In this document: in pieces, positions 48,845 through 60,600 of the stretch
How the letters are laid out: each line of letters opens with the position of its first letter
How positions within the stretch are numbered: the first letter of the stretch is position 1
NCBI GenBank assembly: GCA_050952065.1
Contig: JBMNKF010000003.1
Coordinates: 28,985-92,984 of the forward strand
DNA from: Bacillota bacterium
GTDB lineage: Bacteria; Bacillota; Sulfobacillia; Fermentithermobacillales; Fermentithermobacillaceae
Direction: 5' to 3'
Length of the DNA stretch: 64,000 bases
The notes under the pieces: model-generated
Databases searched by the model: none
Seen by the model: the letters and a program-made list of their open reading frames with translations, nothing else
Told to the model about the DNA's origin: nothing
Made by a program: the position numbers and the translations under genes

Positions 48845-49693
48845 TTGCGAATTGGTGTTCACCTCTCTATTCAGGGTGGCATGGCCAAGATGGCTTCTAC
48901 CGCTGTCGACCTGGGGTGCGAGGCAGTTCAGATTTTTACCCGCAGCCCCAGGGGCGGCAAAGCCAAATGCCTCTCTCCTCATGATGTCGCCGAGATGCAG
49001 AGCATGTTCGAACGCCACGATATAAGGCCTTTGGTAGTGCACGTTCCGTATTTCATAAACCTGGCTTCGGCAGATGCATCCAAGAAGGCTTACTCAATTG
49101 AGGTCCTAGCGGACGACCTTTCCAGAGCAGAGGTCCTTGGCGCCCGGTACCTGGTCACTCACGTAGGCCACCGAGAGCCCGGGGAACCTCCGGAATCGCC
49201 CGATGCCTTGTCCAGAGTACTCGATAGCATCTTCCAGGTTCTAGATAGATACCAAGGATCGGTGAAGCTGCTTCTGGAAAACACGGCGGGGCAGGGAAGA
49301 GAATTGGGTTCTCGGTTTGAGACTTTAGGCGCCCTCCTGCGCAATCTGCCTTTGGACAGGGTTGGCGCATGCTTGGATACTTGCCACGCCCTTGGAGCGG
49401 GCTACGAGATCTCCACGCCAGACGGCGTAAGCCAAATTCTGACAGAATTCGATGACTCAATTGGTATTGAAAACCTGGGTGCCATCCACCTGAATGACTC
49501 AAGAGGTGCTCTCGGAAGTCACGTTGATCGCCACCAGCAGATAGGCAAAGGCTCCATTGGACTGGACAGTTTCAGAGCCTTAGTACGCGACCCGCGTCTT
49601 CCACGGGATCTTCCCGGACTACTAGAAACCCCTTCAGACTCCCTTGAAGACCACAGAAGCAATGTGAAAATCGTCAAGAATCTTCGGGGCTGA
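48845..49693 (+). CDS. nfo: deoxyribonuclease IV (endonuclease IV)
   Basis: AP-endonuclease family-2 TIM barrel (VHVPYFINLAS, LLENTAGQG, HLNDS). TTG start. Confidence 0.8.
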   Translation: MRIGVHLSIQGGMAKMASTAVDLGCEAVQIFTRSPRGGKAKCLSPHDVAEMQSMFERHDIRPLVVHVPYFINLASADASKKAYSIEVLADDLSRAEVLGARYLVTHVGHREPGEPPESPDALSRVLDSIFQVLDRYQGSVKLLLENTAGQGRELGSRFETLGALLRNLPLDRVGACLDTCHALGAGYEISTPDGVSQILTEFDDSIGIENLGAIHLNDSRGALGSHVDRHQQIGKGSIGLDSFRALVRDPRLPRDLPGLLETPSDSLEDHRSNVKIVKNLRG

Positions 49694-49871
49694 TGTGGGA
49701 GTTCAGCAAAACCCCAGTTCCAAAGCGGTACGAAATGGCGCGTTTTCTGTCAACTAGGCCTTCTATTTTCGACACGGAAGGTTTATGATTACATCCGTTG
49801 GGTCGCTTGGTCTGTTCGTTCGCTTGTAGCTATCAGAATGCGGCGGAGGAGGGTCCGAAGTAGTTACCGAT

Positions 49872-50069
49872 TTGAGCAGCGAAGAGAACCTTGTCAACAG
49901 GATCGAGGAGCTTCGCAAGGAACTGTGCAGTAGTGTAGGCGTCACGTATGATCGTCTGAGATTCCAGGCCGCAGGAGAACTCAGCTGCAGCTTGGACAAA
50001 CTCATATACAGATGGCATGTAATTCGAAAGAAGAATCAGACCAGCGAAGGTTCAGGTAACGGGCGCTAG
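49872..50069 (+). CDS. Spo0E-like sporulation regulatory phosphatase (tentative)
   Basis: LVNRIEELRKEL...LSCSLDKLIY resembles the Spo0E family core. The start and ribosome-binding site are weak. Confidence 0.35.
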   Translation: MSSEENLVNRIEELRKELCSSVGVTYDRLRFQAAGELSCSLDKLIYRWHVIRKKNQTSEGSGNGR

Positions 50070-50083
50070 CCCGTCTTTTTTTT
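50059..50083 (+). terminator. intrinsic terminator (ACGGGC-GCTA-GCCCGT plus T9)
   Basis: Seen directly. The hairpin overlaps the stop codon of the Spo0E-like ORF. Confidence 0.6.
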
Positions 50084-50274
50084 CGTCCTTTTGCCCGGAT
50101 TCTTCGACTCGGTTTTCCTCTCTATAGATTCGCGTAGGTGGATCCCCTGATATGTGCTTAGCCTAGACAGCGCTTTGCCTTGCCAGTCTGTTGATTGCCA
50201 AGGCGCTTTCAGTATCGGCATAGTCTGCCCGCCTATTGCATTTGGGTCATACGGAGAGCGTAAGGGGGCAGGTC

Positions 50275-50592
50275 CTAGTACCTGCCCCTACCAAACGGCA
50301 ACACAGGTACAACTATGGAGAGAGTTATGGCGAATAGCGCTATCGGGTCGAAAGTGGTTCCCCATACTTCCGCTTGCATGGGAACGGGAACCTTGAGAAA
50401 CTCTGCTACGGCCATTAAGCCCAAATACGTTCCCCCTGCTACAGCCACGAAATCCTTGATCGCCTGACCAAGAGGGGAATTGGTCTCCTCATACGACGAT
50501 CTTCGGGCAGTTGCTATCCTGTTTACACGGATTCCCATGGACACGTACAAGGCAAGTAGAACCAGGACGACGAGTAGTACGGTCTGAAGCAT
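50275..50592 (-). CDS. small hypothetical membrane protein
   Basis: Three hydrophobic helices. An AGGGAGG site precedes the ATG (start at 50592 or 50598). Confidence 0.4.
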   Translation of the reverse strand: MLQTVLLVVLVLLALYVSMGIRVNRIATARRSSYEETNSPLGQAIKDFVAVAGGTYLGLMAVAEFLKVPVPMQAEVWGTTFDPIALFAITLSIVVPVLPFGRGRY

Positions 50593-50727
50593 GAGCATGC
50601 ACCTCCCTAAGAGTACATATGGGCGTGTCTTGGGCATTATGAATAGTCCTTCGGTCCAAGCCACGAATTCTGTCGCCACACCATGGGAACAATACCCGGG
50701 AGATTTTCTTGGAGGTGGGATGACGGA

Positions 50728-51219
50728 ATGTCAAAGACGGTATTGGGAGTGTTCGATGATACAAATCAGGCCGAAAGGGCTGCCGACGAACTCCAAAGGC
50801 GCGGAATCGACAGAAATGAGCTCTCTGTCATTGCCAAAGAGGACAGAGGCGGTGACCGCAGAAACCGCGACGACCAAGGCCAGGGTATGACCGGTTCCAG
50901 AATCAGCGATGGTGTTGCCACCGGGGGAGCGATAGGCGGCGCGGCAGGTATTCTTGCAGGAGTGGGTGCTTTGGCGATCCCGGGTATCGGGCCCATTGTT
51001 GCGGCCGGGCCCATCGCTGCGGCGCTCACCGGAGCTGCCATGGGAGGCATTGCGGGAGGGCTCGTGGACTGGGGTATTCCCGAAGAAGCCGGTCAGAGGT
51101 ACGAGGAACATGTCAGGACGGGCAAAGTCGTGACTCTCGTGAAGACAGACGACGATAAGGTCAGGGAGGTTTCTGACATTCTCCGGCGTAACGGCGCCTA
51201 CGACGTAGAATCTCACTAG
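50728..51219 (+). CDS. YflT-like general stress protein with a glycine-zipper segment
   Basis: MSKTVLGVFDDTNQAERAADELQRRGIDRNELSVIAKED at the N-terminus, followed by a GxxxG-rich hydrophobic stretch. A GGAGGTG site precedes the ATG. Confidence 0.55.
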   Translation: MSKTVLGVFDDTNQAERAADELQRRGIDRNELSVIAKEDRGGDRRNRDDQGQGMTGSRISDGVATGGAIGGAAGILAGVGALAIPGIGPIVAAGPIAAALTGAAMGGIAGGLVDWGIPEEAGQRYEEHVRTGKVVTLVKTDDDKVREVSDILRRNGAYDVESH

Positions 51220-51363
51220 ATCCTGGAAAGCGGAACTAGGTCGATTGATGGTTCTTGTAGTGCCAAGCGGGGCGGCTATCAGAAAGGGCCGCCCCGCAAA
51301 CGTGTGCCAAGTCCGTATCCAAGTCTGGTATTCTTGTCCAATTCAGTCTATACTACATAATCG

Positions 51364-53028
51364 GTGATAAAATACATGAAAGAAGTCAGGATAATTCCCC
51401 TGGGCGGGCTGGGGGAAATCGGCAAGAACCTCATGCTCGTGGAGTCCAGTGAAGACATTATTGCTATTGACTGTGGTCTGTCGTTTCCAGAAGAAGACAT
51501 GCCCGGCGTAGACCTGGTTGTTCCCGACATCTCGTACCTCATTGAACGGAAAGACCGCCTTCGAGCAATCATTCTTACTCATGGACATGAAGACCACGTG
51601 GGCGCGCTTCCATACGTGCTCAAGGATGTCAACGTCCCCGTATATGGCACTAGGCTGACGCTTGGTCTGGCCAGGCGCAAACTGGATGAGCTCTTCGAGG
51701 GCGTCTTCGATTTCCGGGTTGTTGCCCCGCGAGACATCGTTGATTTCGGTTCTATACGGGTCCAGTTCTTTAGGGTTACTCATTCGGTCTCAGACGCTGT
51801 TGGCCTAATCATTGATACTCCTGTCGGCACAATTGTTCACACAGGCGACTTCAAACTGGACCAGACTCCGGTTGACGGTGAGAGTACCGATTACAGCCTG
51901 TTGGCTCAGGCCGGTGAGCGAGGCGTCCTGGCTCTGCTTTCCGACAGCACTCACGCCGACCGTCCCGGATACACGCCTTCCGAGAGGGTCGTAGGCGAAT
52001 CCTTAAGCCAAGTGTTCTACAGAGCACAAGGCCGGATTATCGTGACTACTTTTGCGTCCAACGTTCCTAGGATACAGCAGGTTATCGATGCTGCGTACCG
52101 ATACGGCAGGAAGGTTTGCGTGGTTGGCCGATCTATGGAGACCGTGGCTGAAGTCGCCATCAACATGGGGTTTCTGAGGGTCCCAATGGGCGTCATGATA
52201 GATGTCGCCGACATTGGCAAGTACCCTCACTCCAAATTGGTGATCTTGTCCACAGGTAGCCAGGGGGAGCCTTTGTCGGCGCTGGCCCGGATGTCTTTAG
52301 GCGATCATCGGAAGGTGGAGATCGTAGAGGGCGACTTGGTCATCATGGCCGCTTCGCCGGTGCCCGGCAACGAGACCACGGTCTCAAGGGTTGTAGATAA
52401 CCTCTTTAGGAGAGGTGCCCATGTTGTTTACACTCCCGAGTCCTTAGTGCATGTCTCGGGACACGCCAGTCAGGAAGAGCTGAAGGTCATGCTCAACTTG
52501 ACCCGGCCCAAGGTTTTCATCCCGGTGCATGGTGAATATCGCCACCTTATTGTTCACGGCGAGCTGGCGGTGGCTACCGGAGTCCCGCCTTCCAATGTTC
52601 TGATAGGTGAGAACGGCACCATGTTTCGCCTGACTCCCGAGGGCGGTCAGATCATGGGCTCGGTCCATACCAGAGCCGTCCTCATTGACGGCATGGGTGT
52701 AAGCGATGTTGAGGACGCGATTCTCAAGGAACGCAAGTGGCTTGGGGAATCGGGGGCGATTTTCGTTACTTGCAGCGTGTCTGGAGATACATGCGAGCTT
52801 CTGAGCGAACCCACCGTGAGGACGACAGGGTTTATGCGTAACTCCAGGGCAGACGCCATGTGTCTTGAGATAGTCTCGCGGGCAAAGGATCTCATCGGGT
52901 CGCTGACGCCAGAGGCACTGACACGGCCGCAGGTAGTTGAGGACGAGTTGGCTGCAACTATCCAGCGGTATCTCAGAAGCGAGACCGGACGCCGGCCCGT
53001 GGTCATCTGCACCCTGAACATAGTGTAA
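51364..53028 (+). CDS. rnjA: ribonuclease J
   Basis: Metallo-beta-lactamase / beta-CASP fold (HGHEDHVGALPYVL). The N-terminus IIPLGGLGEIGKNLMLVE is typical of RNase J. Confidence 0.85.
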   Translation: MIKYMKEVRIIPLGGLGEIGKNLMLVESSEDIIAIDCGLSFPEEDMPGVDLVVPDISYLIERKDRLRAIILTHGHEDHVGALPYVLKDVNVPVYGTRLTLGLARRKLDELFEGVFDFRVVAPRDIVDFGSIRVQFFRVTHSVSDAVGLIIDTPVGTIVHTGDFKLDQTPVDGESTDYSLLAQAGERGVLALLSDSTHADRPGYTPSERVVGESLSQVFYRAQGRIIVTTFASNVPRIQQVIDAAYRYGRKVCVVGRSMETVAEVAINMGFLRVPMGVMIDVADIGKYPHSKLVILSTGSQGEPLSALARMSLGDHRKVEIVEGDLVIMAASPVPGNETTVSRVVDNLFRRGAHVVYTPESLVHVSGHASQEELKVMLNLTRPKVFIPVHGEYRHLIVHGELAVATGVPPSNVLIGENGTMFRLTPEGGQIMGSVHTRAVLIDGMGVSDVEDAILKERKWLGESGAIFVTCSVSGDTCELLSEPTVRTTGFMRNSRADAMCLEIVSRAKDLIGSLTPEALTRPQVVEDELAATIQRYLRSETGRRPVVICTLNIV

Positions 53029-53077
53029 ACATAGGGAAGTGGCCGAAACTTGGCCTTTGCAGTTGTGTTAGAGAACG

Positions 53078-53112
53078 TGGGCGTCGGGACACTTCCCGAC
53101 GCCCGTTTGTAT
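53078..53112 (+). terminator. intrinsic terminator after rnjA (GGGCGTCGGGA-cact-TCCCGACGCCC plus GTTTGTAT)
   Basis: Seen directly. Confidence 0.5.
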
Positions 53113-53152
53113 CATGCCTTTCTATCGTGCCTATGAAGCTATCTGAAAGGGG

Positions 53153-53935
53153 ATGGACTCTGTGGGAGACGGAGAGGAATTCACCCAGCACCACATCAAA
53201 GTCAAGAGCGAAGACGTATCCAGGTACTGCATAATACCGGGCGATCATGAGCGAGGAAAGAAGATCGCTTCCAGGCTGGCGGGACAGAGGCTGGTATCGG
53301 AGACCAGGGGCTACAGGGTCTACCGAGGTACTTTCATGGGTACCCCGATTACCGTGTGCTCAACTGGGATGGGAGGACCCCAGGTAGCCATCGCCATGGA
53401 GGAATTGGGCAACCTGGGCGCAGACACTTTCATCCGCCTTGGCTCGTCGGGGGGCTTGGACCCTCGGACCGGGGTGGGTGACATTGTTGTCGCTACGGCT
53501 TCTTACAGGGGCGGAGGCACTGCCGACGAGTACTTGCCAAAGGGCTTCCCTGCAGTGGCCGATTTTGCGGTTACTCGCACGCTGGTTGATGCGGCTGCCG
53601 ATCTCGGCATCGACATCTTTGTCGGTCCGGTTGCGTCGGTTGACGCGTTCTACCGACCAGATAACGATACCCACAATCACCTTCTGAGGATGGGCGGGAT
53701 CCTGTCGTTGGAGATGGAAGCGGACACTGTGTTTATCGTGGGGATGACTCGGGGGTTCCGGTGTGGAGCGGCCTTCGTATTGGATAACGGGCCCAGGACA
53801 GCACAGGTTGGCGTTAGATCCGGAGTGCTGAACATTGCTAACCACGCCAAGGATCCCGATTACGTCTACGCCGAAGAACGCCTGATCGATGTGGGCCTCT
53901 TGGCCATGAGCAGGCTGGCCGAAGAGGACTCCTAG
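53153..53935 (+). CDS. nucleoside phosphorylase (PNP/UDP family 1; uridine/purine nucleoside phosphorylase-like)
   Basis: ...ITVCSTGMGGPQVAIAMEELGNLGADTFIRLGSSGGL matches the PNP_UDP_1 pattern. Confidence 0.65.
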   Translation: MDSVGDGEEFTQHHIKVKSEDVSRYCIIPGDHERGKKIASRLAGQRLVSETRGYRVYRGTFMGTPITVCSTGMGGPQVAIAMEELGNLGADTFIRLGSSGGLDPRTGVGDIVVATASYRGGGTADEYLPKGFPAVADFAVTRTLVDAAADLGIDIFVGPVASVDAFYRPDNDTHNHLLRMGGILSLEMEADTVFIVGMTRGFRCGAAFVLDNGPRTAQVGVRSGVLNIANHAKDPDYVYAEERLIDVGLLAMSRLAEEDS

Positions 53936-54075
53936 GGATCAGACCCCAGACCCTGCCTGTGGGGGTTCCCCTGCACCCGCCTGGCCAACGCGGGACTTCG
54001 CAACACGTGTGGCCGACGCCTACCTACAAGGAAACCACCATTTCTCTGCAGAACTATGTGAGAGAGGTGGTTTTC

Positions 54076-57000
54076 ATGAGTCTTCAGTTCATCATTGGGC
54101 CCGCTGGGTCCGGGAAGACCCGCCACATTGTCCGGTCCATAGTAGATAGCCTGATTAACGACGGTGAAGTGCTTTCGGGCGCCATGCCCCACCCCGCGCC
54201 CAATATCCTGCTTCTGGTGCCCGATCAAGCCACCTTTCAGATGGAGAAGAGAGTGCTTGAGGAGTCCTGTCTTGAGGGGTTCATGAGGCTTCAGGTCTTG
54301 TCCTTTAGACGCTTGGCGTGGAAAGTGCTTGAGGAGACTGGAGGCGTGACTCTGCCGTTCATGACCGCAGTAGGCAGGACCATGGCCATCCAGTCGATAC
54401 TCTGGGAAAACCGCAAGAATCTCACTGTGTTTGCCCCATTGGTGAACTATCCTGGATTTCGGGATACTCTTTCCCAAGCTCTGCACGAACTCTACGCGTA
54501 CGACATCGCTCCCGAAGAGATGCAAGAATCTGTGCTTAAGGGTCCCAAAATCCCGTTTTTGGAACAGAAGGTTCAGGATCTGGCCACAGTCTACCGTGAA
54601 TATGCCTCATTTCTGAGAGGTCGCTTTCTCGATCCCCACGATTCTATGAGGTTGTCCGCGGAGAAGATGAGTGGTTCCTCTCTGGTAAAGGGCGCCATGG
54701 TGTTTGTGGACGGGTTTTCTGGGTTCACCTCTGATGAATACCGACTTCTGGAAGCGATCATGGAACATGCTCAAGACGTGTATGTGGCCTTGTGTATGGA
54801 CCGCGCTGAAACCGAAATGCCTCTTAGCGAAACAAGCCTCTTCTACCCGACTAGGGATACTCTTGAGAGACTCCGAGAGATAGCCTGGAAACGGGGTATA
54901 CGTCAGTCCGAACCCATATACCTGGAAGGGAGCCGGGGAGGTTCCCGGTTCAAGTCTTCCGAGCTTGCGATCCTGGAGGCTGGGTTGAGGAGGTGGGGCG
55001 GATACCGACTGCGGCGAGACAAGGCCAGTCAGGTCAGGGATACGGCGAGATCATCAGACGATCACGCCCTATGGGAGGAACTGCGGCCCGCTTCCACGGG
55101 AGGCGTCAAGATCCTTGCCGCAGCTAACCCCCTGACAGAAGTGGAGTTCGTGGCAAGAGAGATCCTTCACCTCGTCAGAGACGAAGGCTATCGTTACCGC
55201 GATATTACTGTGGAAACCAGGGAGATGGAACCTTACGATGACATAATCCCTCTAGTCTTCCGTGATCACGGGATACCGTTCTTCCTTGATAGGAAAAGGC
55301 CCCTTTCGCACCACCCCCTATCTGAACTCTTGCGGTCAGCCATGGATGTGGCGCTTACCGGTTTCTCATCGGAAGCCGTTTTCAGGTACCTCAAAACCGA
55401 TCTAGTTCCGGTGTCCAGGGAAGCAGTGGACATGGTTGAGAACTACGTGCTGGCCCACGGTATCACAGGCGAACGTTGGATCTCCCAAGTTCCGTGGCGT
55501 TACCGTCGCAGGTACACGCAGAGAGAAGAGTCAGAACCTGAGAGTTGGGGAGAGGCGGAGTTCTGCGATTCCGTCCGGCGTAAAGCCGTGAGTCACCTTG
55601 CGAAGTTTTGCAGGTCTCTTAAAGGGCAGGAATCTCTAACTGCCAGTGCCATATCTCGGGCACTCTACGACCTTCTGATTGACTTGGATGTGCCGGGTTC
55701 CCTGGGGAAGTGGCAGGATGAAGCCGAGGCTCAGGGTGATTTGGCATCAGGGCTTGAGCATGCGGGTCTTTGGGACAAGGTCATGGAGATACTAGAGCAG
55801 GCCGCCGAAATCCTCAAGGATCAGCACTGCGATTTGTCAACGTACGCCATGATCCTAGACGCGGGATTGGAGGATATTCGACTTGGGGTGATTCCCCCAT
55901 CGCTGGACCAAGTCCTCGTGGGCACATTGGACAGATCGCGGCAGCCCGAGTGCGCTGTCACCTTTCTGATAGGCGCTCTAGCGGGTTCATTCCCAAAGCG
56001 TCACTCTGAAAACGGCATCTTTACCGACAGTGAGAGAGAACACCTGGAGAAGCAGGGATTTACGTTAGATCCTGGCTCGCGCGTCAGACAACTCCATGAG
56101 AAATACCTTGTATACATAGCTCTGACCAGGCCCAGCGTTAAGCTTTACATATCATATCCCCTGGGTGACCAAGAGGGTGGAGGCTTAGAACCTTCCCACA
56201 TAGTTGGAATTGTCCGCAGGATTCTCGGGGATAAACAGGAGATATTTGTCCCTCAGATTCCCCTGGCAGAAGAGGACTTCACGTACATCGTTCCCGCACG
56301 GATCCGAGGGTTGACCGTCCGGCAATTGGCGGCCAAGAAGGCCGGTACTCTGAGTTCAATGTGGGCAGAGGCTTTGAGGTACCTCACAGATCCCGAGAGG
56401 TATGGGAGCGCTCGTCGAGTGTTGGAGGCCCTATCCTTCAGGAATCAGGTCCGACCACTCCCCAGGAACATCGTGAACGCCTTATACGGGGAGACCCTTA
56501 GGACCAGCGTTTCCAGGCTTGAGTCCTTTGCGGCGTGTCCTTTCAGCCATTTCGCAGCCAACGGCCTAAGGCTCAAGGAGCGGGAGATCTACAGCCTGGA
56601 GCCGGCAGATGCGGGAACCTTTCTGCACGAAGCCCTCAAGGAGTTTGTGACACGGGCTTCTGGACCTAACGCTAACTGGGCGGATCTGGCAAGAGAGGAA
56701 GTTTGGAAAATCGCCGACGAGGTAACAGAGAGACTTGTTCCTCAGCTGCAAGATGAGATCTTCATGAGCTCTGCTCGGCACTCCTACGTGGCAAGGGTGC
56801 TTAATCGGATTACCCGGAGAGCCGCCGAAGTGCTTACCGAACATAGAAAGAAGGGCGAGTTTGTACCGGCAGCATTGGAAGCGCGGTTTGGCCTCGATGA
56901 TGGCATGCCGCCCATGCGGATCCCTCTAGCCGGGGGTGAGGTTCTGTTGCGGGGCCAGATCGACCGGATAGACGCGCTGATTCGGGAGGGCGTCACGTAC

Positions 57001-57687
57001 TTGCGCGTGATCGACTATAAATCCAGTCCCCGTCCTTTGGATCTCACCGATGTGTACAACGGATTGTCTCTGCAGCTATTGGTCTATCTCCTTGTGGCGG
57101 TAGAGTCGTGGCCCGAAATCGCGGGGACAACGACTACCATTCTGAGTGGCTTGACGGTCCCAGAATTCGCCGGACAGGTTCTCCCGGCAGGTGCTCTGTA
57201 CTTTGTGACGCGTGATCCTGTCATCAACTCCGAGGTGCCCATAGGTGCTTCAGATGCCCAACAGCAGGTCATGAAGGCTCTTCGGATGTCGGGATTGGTT
57301 ACAAGCGACATCAAGGTTTTGCGCTCAATGGACCCGCTTGACCGAGGATACTCCAATATCATACCTGTCAGTTTCACCAAGACAGGAGTCGGAGCAAACT
57401 CCAAGATAGTGCCTGCGGGTGATTTTGGAGACTTGCTCGAGTTTGTTCGGGAAAAGGTGCGGGAGGTGTCTGGCCAGATTCTGTCGGGGCGCGCAGACAT
57501 CTTTCCTTTCAGGAAGGGACAAAAAAGAGCGTGCACGTACTGCCCTTACGGCCCCCTCTGCGTATTCGACGTGCTCGTGCCCGGGAACCAGTACCGTGTG
57601 ATTAAGCCAATTCCAAAGGAGGAATTCTGGAAGAACGTCAGGCAGCGTCAAGTGAAAGGTGGGAAGTCACATGACTTCGCCCCTTGA
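54076..57687 (+). CDS. addB: ATP-dependent helicase/deoxyribonuclease subunit B (AddB)
   Basis: Walker A IIGPAGSGKTR, a C-terminal RecB-like nuclease, and the Fe-S cysteines CTYCPYGPLC. The start at 54076 after GAGAGG is preferred. Confidence 0.85.
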   Translation: MSLQFIIGPAGSGKTRHIVRSIVDSLINDGEVLSGAMPHPAPNILLLVPDQATFQMEKRVLEESCLEGFMRLQVLSFRRLAWKVLEETGGVTLPFMTAVGRTMAIQSILWENRKNLTVFAPLVNYPGFRDTLSQALHELYAYDIAPEEMQESVLKGPKIPFLEQKVQDLATVYREYASFLRGRFLDPHDSMRLSAEKMSGSSLVKGAMVFVDGFSGFTSDEYRLLEAIMEHAQDVYVALCMDRAETEMPLSETSLFYPTRDTLERLREIAWKRGIRQSEPIYLEGSRGGSRFKSSELAILEAGLRRWGGYRLRRDKASQVRDTARSSDDHALWEELRPASTGGVKILAAANPLTEVEFVAREILHLVRDEGYRYRDITVETREMEPYDDIIPLVFRDHGIPFFLDRKRPLSHHPLSELLRSAMDVALTGFSSEAVFRYLKTDLVPVSREAVDMVENYVLAHGITGERWISQVPWRYRRRYTQREESEPESWGEAEFCDSVRRKAVSHLAKFCRSLKGQESLTASAISRALYDLLIDLDVPGSLGKWQDEAEAQGDLASGLEHAGLWDKVMEILEQAAEILKDQHCDLSTYAMILDAGLEDIRLGVIPPSLDQVLVGTLDRSRQPECAVTFLIGALAGSFPKRHSENGIFTDSEREHLEKQGFTLDPGSRVRQLHEKYLVYIALTRPSVKLYISYPLGDQEGGGLEPSHIVGIVRRILGDKQEIFVPQIPLAEEDFTYIVPARIRGLTVRQLAAKKAGTLSSMWAEALRYLTDPERYGSARRVLEALSFRNQVRPLPRNIVNALYGETLRTSVSRLESFAACPFSHFAANGLRLKEREIYSLEPADAGTFLHEALKEFVTRASGPNANWADLAREEVWKIADEVTERLVPQLQDEIFMSSARHSYVARVLNRITRRAAEVLTEHRKKGEFVPAALEARFGLDDGMPPMRIPLAGGEVLLRGQIDRIDALIREGVTYLRVIDYKSSPRPLDLTDVYNGLSLQLLVYLLVAVESWPEIAGTTTTILSGLTVPEFAGQVLPAGALYFVTRDPVINSEVPIGASDAQQQVMKALRMSGLVTSDIKVLRSMDPLDRGYSNIIPVSFTKTGVGANSKIVPAGDFGDLLEFVREKVREVSGQILSGRADIFPFRKGQKRACTYCPYGPLCVFDVLVPGNQYRVIKPIPKEEFWKNVRQRQVKGGKSHDFAP

Positions 57688-60600
57688 GCGATCCAGTACC
57701 TGGACCCCTCAACAGAGACTGGCGATTGAGACCACTGACGGAAACCTGTTGGTATCTGCGGCAGCGGGAACGGGAAAGACGTCAGTACTGGTGGAACGAA
57801 TTATCCGCCTAGTCACATCCACCGATTCACCTGTAGAAATCGAGAGATTCCTGGTAGTTACGTTCACCGAGAAGGCTGCACAAGAGATGAAGGCGAGGAT
57901 ACGCTCGGCCCTGGAGAAGGTCGCACTGGAAGACCCAGAGAGCGGCGCCACACGCCAAGTCGATTTTGTGGAGAGAGCCCAGATATCCACGATCCACGCG
58001 TTTTGCCTAAAGGTGCTGCGCAGATACTTTCATCAGGTGGATCTCGATCCTTCTTTTCGTGTGTTGGATTCGGCTGAGGCAGACCTCATCCGGCGCGAAG
58101 CTCTAGACGAGGTGTTTGAAGAGGCCTACGCTATCCAAGCGGATGACGACAGCCCCTTCCGCGGCTTGGTTCAACGATACGGGGGAACCCGAATCGACGA
58201 GGGGCTCAAGAATATCGTAGTGAGCCTCCACCAGTTCGCCACAACCCAACCTGACATGGAAGGTTGGTTAAATCGAGCGTTGTCCATGGTTCACGAGATC
58301 TCTGAAGCAACCTCCATCTGGGACTTGCCCTGGAGCCGCTCGCTGTGCAAGTCCATACTGAGCCAAATCGACCGTGTCTTATCCTTTCAAGAAGAGGCGT
58401 GCGATGGTTGTCTCCCTCCTGGAGGGCCACTAGAATACATGCTTACCTTGGACCAGGAGAGAGCGTTCTACCGAGAGATCAAACAAGCCCTGGAAACCTA
58501 TGCAGACGGGGATTTTGCCCGGGCCGAAACTGCACTGGCCCAATTGGCGAATTATGAGCATCAACGCTTGCCTACTGCCAGAGATGCTGACCCGAGCATA
58601 AGAGAACAAGTTAGGAACATGCGAGACGCGGCCAAGAACGAGTTCAGAAGACTTGGCAACTACGCTCTTGCAAGGCCTCCTCAACAAGTGCTGAAGGAAC
58701 TCAAGGATACCGTTCCATTCCTGGAATGCCTGGTGGATTTGGTCCTCAAACTGGACAGGCGCTATTGGGCAAAGAAGAGAGAGCGCAGGGGTTTAGACTT
58801 CTCAGACCTTGAACGGCTCTGCCTACAAATCTTAACCAAAGAAGAAGATACACGTAGAGAGATTCAGTTGGAGTACGACTACGTTCTGGTTGACGAGTAT
58901 CAAGACACCAACCCGATCCAGGAGGCAATCCTGTCCAAAGTGGTTCGAACAGGCGAGCGGGCGAACTTTTTCATGGTCGGTGACATCAAGCAGAGCATAT
59001 ATCGTTTCAGACTGGCTGAACCGCGAATCTTCCTGGATAGACACAAAACCTACACGCCTTTGGACAAAGACAAGAAGTCGCTGTCTTCCGGCTCGCGGGT
59101 GGACCTATCGGTGAACTTCAGGAGCCGGCAAGAGGTTGTGGACGCTGTCAACTGGGTGTTTGATGCCATCATGCGCGAAGACGTCGCGGAGATCGATTAC
59201 GATCAAAGCCACCGTTTAGTGCAAGGGGCGTCCCACTACGAGCCGGGAAACGGGAGGTATGTGGCCGAATTCCACCTGGTTGAGAGGGAACAGACTCTTG
59301 ATGCAGACTACGGTCAAGATGGGGATGAAAGCGACCACCGGGGTCTGGACGAATACGAGGCTGTGGAGAAAGAAGCGCTGGTAGTAGCGGCCAAGATCAA
59401 GAATATGGTCACATCCGAAGACCCGCTTCTCATCTTCGACGCTGAGTCCAAGACCATGCGCAAGTGCTCGTACAAAGACATCGCCATACTCATGCGTTCA
59501 ACCAAGGATAGGGCAAACGCCGTGTTGGAGGTCTTGGGCCGGTGTGGCATTCCCGCTTACGCTGACACCTCAACAGGGTATTTCCAGGCAAGAGAGATCG
59601 AGGTTGCGCTCTCGGTCCTGTCTGTTATCGACAACCCGCGCCAGGACATTCCTTTGGCGGCAGTCCTCCGGTCACCCATTGTGGGATTGTCGCCCGAAGA
59701 CCTTGCGATGATCCGGTGCCGTCACAAAGAAGGCTCGTTTTACGACGCCGTAAAGGTTTATTCCCAAGTAGATGCGCGGGTGGCCGGTTTCTTGGAGACG
59801 CTTGAACGATGGCGGACTATGGCTAGGCGGAAGCCTCTGGCCGAGCTCGTGTGGACCATCCTCCACGAGACGAACTATGAAGACTACGTGGGAGGGTTGC
59901 CCGGAGGCGCTCAACGCCAAGCCAACCTGCAGGTTCTATATGATCGCGCCAGGCAGTTTGACTCGTTTGGCCACCACGGCCTGTTTCGATTCCTTCGCTT
60001 TGTGGAGAAACTGAAAGAGTCCGAAGGCGACTTGGGCGCAGCCCGAGCACTGGGCGAGCAGGAAGACGCGGTCCGAATCCTTTCTATCCACAAGTCCAAG
60101 GGTTTGGAGTTTCCAGTGGTCTTCGTCATTGACTTGGGCAAGAGGTTCAACACCGACGACGTCCGACGTGAGATCCTGTTCCATAAAGATCTTGGAATCG
60201 CCGCGCTCTATTGCGATCTGACAGACGGGGCCCTCGTCAAGTACCCGTCTTTGGCGCATCAGGCCGTGTCTTCGCGGATCTGGTCTGAGAACTTGGCTGA
60301 AGAGATGCGGGTGCTCTATGTGGCGCTTACCAGGGCTAAAGAAAAGCTCTTTTTGGTGGGTTCGGCCAGGCAACTGGACAGATGTATGGATAAGTGGCGG
60401 CGGCTGGACCTCCCTGGGGCAGCCACCTACCTTGATTGGCTGTGCCCGGTGATTCTAAGAGACCATGATTGGAATCCTTTTGAGGTTACTATGTGGGGAA
60501 CTCAAGACGGTTGTCCGGTGCCCCTCCCCGAGGTTCTCGCCGCGACAGGATTGCGGGATGCTTCTGCTTATGTGTGTCCCCTCCCGCCTCCCAATCCCCA